From NCBI GenBank assembly GCA_016214885.1, contig JACRMP010000005.1, positions 134,725 to 198,724 of the forward strand: DNA of 64,000 nt, given 5' to 3'. Below, piece by piece: positions 8,851 to 16,000 of this stretch (the stretch's first letter is position 1; each line of letters opens with the position of its first letter). The notes under the pieces are model-generated. The model saw only the letters and a list, made by a program, of their open reading frames with translations, searched no databases and was not told the origin of the DNA. The stretch comes from Candidatus Gottesmanbacteria bacterium (lineage in GTDB: Bacteria > Patescibacteriota > Microgenomatia > UBA10105 > UBA927). Position numbers and translations under genes: made by a program.

Positions 8851-9999
8851 TTATTTTTTAAGAATATGAATAACTGACGTAGCCCCGCTTCCTCCTACAT
8901 TATGGGCAAGCCCCACAGCAGCACCCTCAACCTGCCGCTTACCCGCCACTCCGCAAAGCTGATCCACCAATTCGACAATTTGTTTAACACCGGTAGCACC
9001 AACGGGGTGGCCGCACCCCTTAAGACCTCCTGACGGATTAACGACTATTCTCCCCCCCTTACCCACCGTAGTTTGCCCGGCGGCTATAGCAGCAGCTGCT
9101 TTCCCCTTGGGGAAAAACCCCAGGTCTTCCATTGCCAGCACCTCTGCAATCGTAAAACAATCATGCACCTCGGCAACATTAATATCATTTGCGGTCATAC
9201 CCGAAAGGTTGTATGCACGCGCTGCTGCCTGTTGGGTGGCCGACAATCCGGTTAGGGTTTTCCTTTGTGCAAGACCCAGGGAATCGGTGGCAACCGCTGA
9301 AGCGGCAATTTCTACCCGGCGAGCAGCTTTTTTTTGTTTCTTGGAGGTTATAACTACTGCTGCCGCTCCATCCGATATTGGAGAGCAATCCAACAGCTTC
9401 AACGGATCTGCAATCCTGCTGCTTTTCATAACCTGCTCAACGGATAACGTATTATGAAACTGTGCATTAGGATTAAGAGATGCGTGGTAATGGTTTTTAA
9501 CAGCGACCGCTGCCAACTCCTCTTCGGTCGTACCAAACTCGCGCATGTGAATACGGGCAAGCATTGCATATAACCCCGGAAAGGTTGCTCCACCGCTCCG
9601 CTCCTCTTCGCTTCCGGCACCCATAAGTGCAGTAGCGACATCCTCCGGCTTATGATCGGTCATTTTTTCTATCCCCAGCACAACGACCGTGTCATACTGG
9701 CCGCTCATGACGCTGTTTACTGCATTGTGGAGTGCTAATCCTCCCGATGCGCATGCGCCTTCCACTTTAAATGCAGGAGCAGTGAGACCCAATTCTTCCG
9801 CAAAAAACGCCCCCAAATGCTCCTGACCGCCCAGCATACCGGAAAGCATATTGCCGACAAAAAGCGCCTGGACATCGGCTATTTCTATACCTGCATCCGC
9901 AAGTGCACCAAACACCGCCTGGCGCGCTAACCCCCGGGGAGATGCGTTCCATAGTTCGCCAAATGCAGTAGTGGCCGATCCTGTTACATATATTTTCAT
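8851..9999 (-). CDS. Acetoacetyl-CoA thiolase, archaeal/SCP2-like type
   Basis: EGACASGG, AEVHDCFT, GHPVGATG, HNVGG. Confidence 0.92.
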   Translation of the reverse strand: MKIYVTGSATTAFGELWNASPRGLARQAVFGALADAGIEIADVQALFVGNMLSGMLGGQEHLGAFFAEELGLTAPAFKVEGACASGGLALHNAVNSVMSGQYDTVVVLGIEKMTDHKPEDVATALMGAGSEEERSGGATFPGLYAMLARIHMREFGTTEEELAAVAVKNHYHASLNPNAQFHNTLSVEQVMKSSRIADPLKLLDCSPISDGAAAVVITSKKQKKAARRVEIAASAVATDSLGLAQRKTLTGLSATQQAAARAYNLSGMTANDINVAEVHDCFTIAEVLAMEDLGFFPKGKAAAAIAAGQTTVGKGGRIVVNPSGGLKGCGHPVGATGVKQIVELVDQLCGVAGKRQVEGAAVGLAHNVGGSGATSVIHILKK

Positions 10000-11039
10000 A
10001 ATTTGTGGGTCATCTTAAGAAATTTAATATAGTCGATATATGTTTTTCGATGCATCTGATCAGATACCAGATCTTTTGCTTTTTTACGGGATGACTGTAG
10101 CAGAGCGAGCCCTGCAGTGGTTTCCCAGACAAAGGCATCACTTCCTGCTCCTGATCCGTACGACACCATAAATATTTTCTGGCCGGGAGACGCTTGGTCC
10201 AAAATCGCCGAAAGCCCCAGCATGGCAGTTGCGGAATAGGCATTGCCGATATGATCAACAACAAGAGACGGAGCCAGCTGAGCCGGCGAAAAACCCAACC
10301 GCTTCGCCACTTCCCGCGGAAACTTTCCGTTGGGCATGTGGAAAACACAGTAGTCGTAGTCGGCGGCTGCGGTTTTGGTCATCTCGAACAACCTGTTTGC
10401 AGCCCCCATGACGTGCTGATAATACGCAGGCTCCCCCGTAAATCTGCCGGCATGAGAAGGATACCGCATGCCGTCCCGCCGCCAAAAATCAGGTGTATCC
10501 GACGAATACGATGTATCAGCAGTCAACCGCGCCGCTACTCCTTCGCTCCCCAATAAAAATGCAGCTCCCCCGGCCGCTGCCGTATATTCCAAAAAATCGT
10601 GCGGCTTTCCCTGCGCGGTATCGCTGCCGACCGCGAGACCATACCTGGCATGCCCTGCAGCCACAAGTCCCGCAATTGCCTGAATCGCGGCGGTTCCCGC
10701 CTTGCATGCAAATTCCATATCTGCGGCAAGATACGCTGTTCCCACTCCCAATAACTCACCAACAATGGTAGATGTCGGATTCACCGCATAGGGGTGGCTT
10801 TCGCTTCCCACGAACAAGACATCAATATCGGAGGGATTATGCTGAACAGCCGCAAGGCACGAAGATGCCGCCTCGATGGCAATTGTTGCTGCGTCTTCAT
10901 CAAACCCGGGAACCGACTTATCGGTAAGACCCAGCGACCGGGACACCTCATCGGCGTCCTTCTGCCAGGCCGCTGCAATATCGGCAATACGGATACGACT
11001 TCGGGGAATATAGGTTCCGTAGGAAACAATGCCTATCAT
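9996..11039 (-). CDS. Hydroxymethylglutaryl-CoA synthase, archaeal type
   Basis: GSESHPYAV, EFACKAGT, DTPDFWRR, FHMPNGKFP, IGNAYS, SYGSGAGSD. Confidence 0.93.
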   Translation of the reverse strand: MIGIVSYGTYIPRSRIRIADIAAAWQKDADEVSRSLGLTDKSVPGFDEDAATIAIEAASSCLAAVQHNPSDIDVLFVGSESHPYAVNPTSTIVGELLGVGTAYLAADMEFACKAGTAAIQAIAGLVAAGHARYGLAVGSDTAQGKPHDFLEYTAAAGGAAFLLGSEGVAARLTADTSYSSDTPDFWRRDGMRYPSHAGRFTGEPAYYQHVMGAANRLFEMTKTAAADYDYCVFHMPNGKFPREVAKRLGFSPAQLAPSLVVDHIGNAYSATAMLGLSAILDQASPGQKIFMVSYGSGAGSDAFVWETTAGLALLQSSRKKAKDLVSDQMHRKTYIDYIKFLKMTHKL

Positions 11040-12211
11040 AGATCCTTCCCCCTCCCCAGCGTTTCGTGTGCCCGCGACAGCGTCCCCTGCTCTAACGAAC
11101 TTAACAATGATATTTCCCCCGCAAGAACCGCGCCCCCAACGATCTCTGAGAGGCGCATCGCCTCAGCGCCGCTTCCTCCTGCACCCACCCTCAGCATGGT
11201 AAGCGCCTCCCTCTGGGTTGCAAGACCCGTCCCTCCTCCTACGGTGCCGAGCATAAGATCAGGCAAATAAATACTCATATACAAATCTTCACCGTTTTGC
11301 ACTTCTGCTGTAGTTATGCCCAGACTCCCCTCTACGACATGCGCAGGATCCTGACCCGTTGCAATAAACAGGGCGGCAATAATATTTGCATACTGGGCGT
11401 TAAATCCCATTGATCCGCTCATTACACTCCCCAACATACATTTGGATATCCAGGTTTCATACACATGCCGTGCGTTCGTTTTGAGAACATCCCGCAATAC
11501 CGACTTGGGCAGCACCACCTCAGCCGACACAACAAATCCGCGGTTATTAAGAAAATTCTGCCATGACGGTTTTTTGTCCACACAAAAATTTCCGGAAAGT
11601 GCTGTGCAATGCGCTCCCGTTTGCTCCTCAATATAGGAAGCTGCCCTGTCGGTTGCGATGGTCACCATGTTAAGACCCATTGCATCCTGCGTATCGAACG
11701 AAAACCTCACATACCGATACAGTCCCACCCCTTTTGATGTAACCGCCATAAGCGTGAGGTGGTGAGATGTTTGTTCTGTTATTTTTTTGAGTTCCTCAAA
11801 ATGGCTATCGATAAACTGCATTAGCTTCTTGTTTTCGGCGAGTGAGCTCACTTTAAACGACGGACCCCTGGTCGCTCCAGCGCGAAAACTGTCCGTTGCG
11901 GCACCCCCGCTTAATGCAATCGCCTTACATCCCCGGTTTACCGATGCCACAAGCGCACCTTCGGTGGTCGCAAGCGGCAAAAAACACGTTTCCTTGACTC
12001 CGGACGTGCGGGTGAGCGCCAATGGACCTGCCACCCCCAAAGGGATCTGAACCGCTCCAATCATATTTTCACAATTTTTGGTAGAAGCCACACCTTCGTC
12101 TAAGGTAAAACTACCTGTGTGGGAGAGACTGACTGATAACCGCTCTTCCAACGCATTCCTACGGGCTTTTGCTGTCGTAAAGGTGCGTAATGATAATGGC
12201 GTATCGTTCAT
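11036..12211 (-). CDS. hmgA: Class I HMG-CoA reductase
   Basis: CENMIG, PLATTEGALVASVNRG, DAMGLNM, GQDPAH, GTVGGGT and C-terminal catalytic His (LSRAH). Likely start 12211 (MNDTPLS). Confidence 0.93.
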   Translation of the reverse strand: MNDTPLSLRTFTTAKARRNALEERLSVSLSHTGSFTLDEGVASTKNCENMIGAVQIPLGVAGPLALTRTSGVKETCFLPLATTEGALVASVNRGCKAIALSGGAATDSFRAGATRGPSFKVSSLAENKKLMQFIDSHFEELKKITEQTSHHLTLMAVTSKGVGLYRYVRFSFDTQDAMGLNMVTIATDRAASYIEEQTGAHCTALSGNFCVDKKPSWQNFLNNRGFVVSAEVVLPKSVLRDVLKTNARHVYETWISKCMLGSVMSGSMGFNAQYANIIAALFIATGQDPAHVVEGSLGITTAEVQNGEDLYMSIYLPDLMLGTVGGGTGLATQREALTMLRVGAGGSGAEAMRLSEIVGGAVLAGEISLLSSLEQGTLSRAHETLGRGKDL

Positions 12212-12221
12212 AAGTAATAAT

Positions 12222-12845
12222 TTATAAAAACGGAACTTTAAATATACCCAAGCGGTACATAGCATACGCCCACGCCGTCATGCCGGGGGCGGAACAAACC
12301 CCCACCACCACCGCCTGCAGAAGAGTAACTTTTAACCCAAACCGCAGGGTAAGATACGACAGCGTCACTTTCCACCATAATAGGGTAACGCTAAAAACCA
12401 GGAACAATAAACTGAACAGCACTCCGGGCACACTCGTTGTCCGTGGCGGCGGCAGAAGTACGTATAACACCGATGTAGCTAAAAACCATGTTACTGTCGG
12501 CACCAGGGTGTACGCCCATGCCAACAAAATCGGCCATAACTCTGCGCGTTTTCCAAACAACCTGCCCACCGCCGCAATACTCAGTGCCGCACAAAACACC
12601 CCGCTTACAGCGCCCATGGCGAGGGCGATAAACTGCTGCGTTAAAAGAAACGGACGGAATGATGCTATTTTTACAATACTTGCCAACGCAAAATATAAAG
12701 ACAACAATAAGCCGATATAAACAAATTCGCCCGATCTGCCGTGCGTCACAATACGCCGGTACGTTTCGTATGGACGTGAGATCAGCCCCACCAGTGTACG
12801 GCCGAAGGTAACCCCATCAACAATAAGTGCGCTCATGACGTCCAT
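12222..12845 (-). CDS. Yip1-like multi-pass membrane protein
   Basis: LISRPYETYRRI followed by about 5 TM helices. Likely start 12845 or 12836. Confidence 0.65.
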   Translation of the reverse strand: MDVMSALIVDGVTFGRTLVGLISRPYETYRRIVTHGRSGEFVYIGLLLSLYFALASIVKIASFRPFLLTQQFIALAMGAVSGVFCAALSIAAVGRLFGKRAELWPILLAWAYTLVPTVTWFLATSVLYVLLPPPRTTSVPGVLFSLLFLVFSVTLLWWKVTLSYLTLRFGLKVTLLQAVVVGVCSAPGMTAWAYAMYRLGIFKVPFL

Positions 12846-12872
12846 ATTTAGGTAGTCGGAAAAATGAGGAAA

Positions 12873-12930
12873 AACCCGCGCTGGAGCGTTTAATTCCCTT
12901 ATGGAGCACCAACTAGAACCCGCGCTGGAG
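12873..12930. repeat. 14-bp perfect direct repeat AACCCGCGCTGGAG, two copies
   Basis: Copies at 12873-12886 and 12917-12930. Confidence 0.8.
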
Positions 12931-13143
12931 AAGCGTGACAATTGCCGAAACGGCCGGTCCGAATATGATATATAACCCTGCTGCAACCAGAAGACTCACC
13001 CCTACAAACCACGGCAGCGGTGTCACCTTAAGCCGCTTCGTCATCTGCTTATATAGTTGCGTTAAAGGACCCAAGGTTTGCGGTGGAATATCTGTCACCT
13101 CTTCCCACCGTTTTACAAATTTTTGATATGTAGCGTCAGGCAT
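12913..13143 (-). CDS. Small single-TM protein, candidate anti-sigma factor
   Basis: 76 aa, soluble N-terminus plus one TM helix; starts 2 nt after the ECF sigma stop. Confidence 0.6.
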   Translation of the reverse strand: MPDATYQKFVKRWEEVTDIPPQTLGPLTQLYKQMTKRLKVTPLPWFVGVSLLVAAGLYIIFGPAVSAIVTLLQRGF

Positions 13144-13145
13144 AG

Positions 13146-13685
13146 TTATAATGACAAAAACACTTCGACAAACGCACGCCTTGCTCTAAACAGCCGTGAT
13201 TCTGCGCTCTTAAAGCTGATTGAAAGCTCTCGGGCAATATCTTCAACACTCACGTGCTCCAGATATTTAAGCACCAGCACCCTCCGGTGTACGGGAATGA
13301 GGCGCCGCATAGCGGCCTGAATTTTTTCTTTCACCAACGAAACATCAAGCTCTTCTTCCGGCCCCAACATGGGAGAAACCAGAAATTCAAGCTGCGGCAT
13401 TTGCGAAAACACAATGTGTTTTAATTTCTTTTTTCGGTAATAGTCGATGATCTTGTGCTGACAGATAGAGAACAGGTATGTTCGCACCGAACTTTTTTGC
13501 TGAAAATCCCGCAGACCCTCCAAAAATGAAAAGAGCGTGTCCTGAAGTATTTCCTCTGCATCCTCTGCTGTTTTAACCTTGGTGATGATATACCGGCGGA
13601 GCTGGGGCGCATAGGTACGGTAAAAAATACCTGCTGCCTGCCGGTCATGAGCAAATAGCCTGGTAATCAGCTGTGCGTCATCCAT
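13146..13685 (-). CDS. ECF-type RNA polymerase sigma factor
   Basis: Region 2 DAEEILQDTL...RTYLFSICQHKIIDYYRK; region 4 VEDIARELSISFKSAESRLFRAR. Alternative start 13706. Confidence 0.92.
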   Translation of the reverse strand: MDDAQLITRLFAHDRQAAGIFYRTYAPQLRRYIITKVKTAEDAEEILQDTLFSFLEGLRDFQQKSSVRTYLFSICQHKIIDYYRKKKLKHIVFSQMPQLEFLVSPMLGPEEELDVSLVKEKIQAAMRRLIPVHRRVLVLKYLEHVSVEDIARELSISFKSAESRLFRARRAFVEVFLSL

Positions 13686-13708
13686 GGGATGCCCCCACTT
13701 TACCATAA

Positions 13709-13738
13709 TTGACGCATCCGCTCAATTTTAGGTACACT
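13709..13738 (+). promoter_or_regulatory. Sigma70-type promoter of the pilin operon (leaderless)
   Basis: TTGACG (13709-13714), 18 nt, TACACT (13733-13738), 6 nt, ATG 13745. Confidence 0.65.
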
Positions 13739-13744
13739 GAAAGT

Positions 13745-14056
13745 ATGTTTGAACAGGTGCTGGCCCAATCCGAAGATTTACAGGCGCTCGCCCCCAATCC
13801 CGGGCTTACATCGTTTGGCATGCTTATTACCGCAATTGTAAAGAATTCATTCGTTTTAGCAGGTATTATCAGCTTTATTTTGTTGATTTTCGGCGGATTT
13901 AACGTTATAGTAGCCGCAGGAGACGCCAAAAAGGCTCAACAGGGCAAAGCGGCAATTACAGGAGCCGTCACCGGACTGCTTCTGGTGCTTGGTTCTTTTT
14001 GGCTTGTCCAGATTATAGAAGTAATAACGGGTCTCAAGCTATTGAGTCCGCAATAA
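13745..14056 (+). CDS. VirB2/TrbC-like T4SS pilin
   Basis: Leader MFEQVLAQ; GGFNVIVAAGDAKKAQQGKAAITGAVTGL between two TM helices. Confidence 0.85.
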   Translation: MFEQVLAQSEDLQALAPNPGLTSFGMLITAIVKNSFVLAGIISFILLIFGGFNVIVAAGDAKKAQQGKAAITGAVTGLLLVLGSFWLVQIIEVITGLKLLSPQ

Positions 14057-14065
14057 CACGAAATT

Positions 14066-14425
14066 ATGAAGCTGCTCGCACAGGCCGGAGAAATAGTCGG
14101 TTCAATAGAAAGCCCGCTTTCCAGCACCGGATACGGGAGCATATCATCGGGGGCTGTTGGATTGTTTATCACCAACGTTATCCGCTTGGCATTTGTCGCC
14201 GCCGGTATTTACGCCCTGTTTAACTTCATAATCGCCGGGTATTCATACATGAATGCTGCAGGTGACAGTAAAAAATTATCAGAAGCGTGGAGCCGTATCT
14301 GGCAATCCCTCATGGGTCTGGTTATTATTGTCGGATCATTTGCCCTCGCGTCATTGTTTGGCTACCTTATTTTCGGAAACGCCGGGTATATATTAAATCC
14401 GACTATCTACGGGCCCGGAGAATAA
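14066..14425 (+). CDS. VirB2/TrbC-like T4SS pilin
   Basis: MKLLAQ; AGYSYMNAAGDSKKLSEAWSRIWQSLMGL. Confidence 0.85.
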   Translation: MKLLAQAGEIVGSIESPLSSTGYGSISSGAVGLFITNVIRLAFVAAGIYALFNFIIAGYSYMNAAGDSKKLSEAWSRIWQSLMGLVIIVGSFALASLFGYLIFGNAGYILNPTIYGPGE

Positions 14426-14426
14426 T

Positions 14427-14792
14427 ATGCGTGAACTTGCATTAGAATTAGGTCAAATCGGCGGCGAAGGCCTGGGGCCATTCGGATCAAACCCGGGCGA
14501 CGGGCTGACCGGCATCACCAGCATAGTTTCTTCTGTCATCGGCATCATGACAATAGCAGCAGGCATATGGTTCCTGTTCCAATTCATTATCGGAGGATTT
14601 AATTGGATCAACGCCGGAGGCGATAAAGCAAAGCTCCAGACATCCAAAGACAGACTTACCAATGCGTTTGTCGGGCTTATTGTCGTCGTTGCCGGGTGGG
14701 CAATCTTAGCCCTTGCAGGCACATTCTTTAATGTTGATTTCACCATATCAAATCCGGGCTCCCTGTTGCAGCAGCTGAGTCCGAACCGATAA
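14427..14792 (+). CDS. VirB2/TrbC-like T4SS pilin
   Basis: GGFNWINAGGDKAKLQTSKDRLTNAFVGL. Confidence 0.85.
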   Translation: MRELALELGQIGGEGLGPFGSNPGDGLTGITSIVSSVIGIMTIAAGIWFLFQFIIGGFNWINAGGDKAKLQTSKDRLTNAFVGLIVVVAGWAILALAGTFFNVDFTISNPGSLLQQLSPNR

Positions 14793-14796
14793 CACT

Positions 14797-15138
14797 ATGA
14801 ACACTCTCGCCCAAATAGTAAATCCAGTACTCCCCGGCGCTCTGGGAAGCGGCGGCAACAGCACCGGGCCATCAGCGCTGGGCTCAATTATCAGCTCGCT
14901 TGTGGGTGTTTTTCTTATTCTTGCCTTCATTTCCGCCCTGCTTTACATGTTTCTTGGCGGATTTGACTGGATCACGAGCGGAGGCGACAAAACGAAACTT
15001 CAATCATCCCGGGACAAGATCACCAACTCCCTGGTAGGTCTTGTTGTTGTCGGAGCATCGTGGGCGGTTATGATGATTGTCGGCAACTTTATGGGCATTG
15101 ATTTCCCTAACCTACCTATTCCTGTTATCGGCAATTAA
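14797..15138 (+). CDS. VirB2/TrbC-like T4SS pilin
   Basis: MNTLAQ; GGFDWITSGGDKTKLQSSRDKITNSLVGL. Confidence 0.87.
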   Translation: MNTLAQIVNPVLPGALGSGGNSTGPSALGSIISSLVGVFLILAFISALLYMFLGGFDWITSGGDKTKLQSSRDKITNSLVGLVVVGASWAVMMIVGNFMGIDFPNLPIPVIGN

Positions 15139-15198
15139 CCAAGAGTGATAGGCTAAACCAAGAAAAAATAAACCTGTTTATTGACAAACCGAGTTTTG

Positions 15199-15256
15199 TT
15201 GCGCAAAAATGGAAGGTAGTGGTATAATAAAGCTTGTATTGATTTGACGAAAGGAT
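15199..15256 (+). promoter_or_regulatory. Strong promoter plus Shine-Dalgarno for the pilin at 15263
   Basis: TTGCGC (15199), 18 nt, extended -10 TGgTATAAT (15220-15228); also TTGACA at 15181; GAAAGGA shortly before ATG 15263. Confidence 0.6.
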
Positions 15257-15262
15257 TCATTT

Positions 15263-15592
15263 ATGCAAAAAGTATTTGCCCAAGCAGCACTGGATGTTAA
15301 ACAGCCGGACACTATCAAAATCACCGACATCGGCAAACTGATCAGTGCCCTCGTCGGAACCGTTCTTATCATCGCAGCGCTTTTGGCATTTCTTTACCTC
15401 ATCCTGGGAGGCATTAAGTGGATCACCTCCGGCGGCGACAAGGCCGGTATGGAAGAGGCGCGTAACAAAATTACCCACGCCATCGTCGGACTCATCATTG
15501 TCGGCTCTGCCTGGGCAGTGATGACGCTCGTCCAAAACTTCTTGGGCGTGCAGATCATCGGTGGTTCCATAAACTTCCCGAAGCCATACTAA
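15263..15592 (+). CDS. VirB2/TrbC-like T4SS pilin (candidate major pilin)
   Basis: MQKVFAQ; GGIKWITSGGDKAGMEEARNKITHAIVGL. Confidence 0.88.
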   Translation: MQKVFAQAALDVKQPDTIKITDIGKLISALVGTVLIIAALLAFLYLILGGIKWITSGGDKAGMEEARNKITHAIVGLIIVGSAWAVMTLVQNFLGVQIIGGSINFPKPY

Positions 15593-15651
15593 CCGTTCAC
15601 AAAACGATTTTGGGCTTTACTCTGTAAGACTCCTGGGGGATAATATTATAT

Positions 15652-15948
15652 ATGGAAAGCTGCTCGATAGACGGCGTTGTACAAATCACCTGTATCATCC
15701 CGCTCGTTGCCAATGTAATCCGCGCTGTAGTGGCATTAGGCGCAGTAGCTCTGTTTGTCATGCTTCTTGCAGGAGGATTTAATTTCCTGTTTTCTTCCGG
15801 CGATCAAAAAAAACTTGAAGCTGCACGGGGCACCGTAACCCAGGCAATTGTTGGTATTATTATCATGTCTGTAGCATTCCTTATCTTACGCACCATACAA
15901 TTATTTACGGGAGTTGACGTGTCTACACTGCAGTTTCCTACACCGTAG
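15652..15948 (+). CDS. VirB2/TrbC-like T4SS pilin
   Basis: GGFNFLFSSGDQKKLEAARGTVTQAIVGI; N-terminal Cys pair. Confidence 0.82.
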   Translation: MESCSIDGVVQITCIIPLVANVIRAVVALGAVALFVMLLAGGFNFLFSSGDQKKLEAARGTVTQAIVGIIIMSVAFLILRTIQLFTGVDVSTLQFPTP

Positions 15949-16000
15949 ATACAGAATTCGAGTTGACGGCATGGCTCATTATTAATGATAATAGACAGGC

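Noticed and set aside
8547-12211. Archaeal contamination or chimeric contig
   Set aside because: The genes are overlap-coupled with bacterial-type mvaD and uppS, similar in composition by eye, and embedded among CPR-type genes. Read mapping would be the final check.
13745-15948. Type IV (PilA-type) pilins or bacteriocin precursors
   Set aside because: No G/FTLxE prepilin motif; the two-TM hairpin with a GD-x-x-K loop fits VirB2/TrbC-like pilins.
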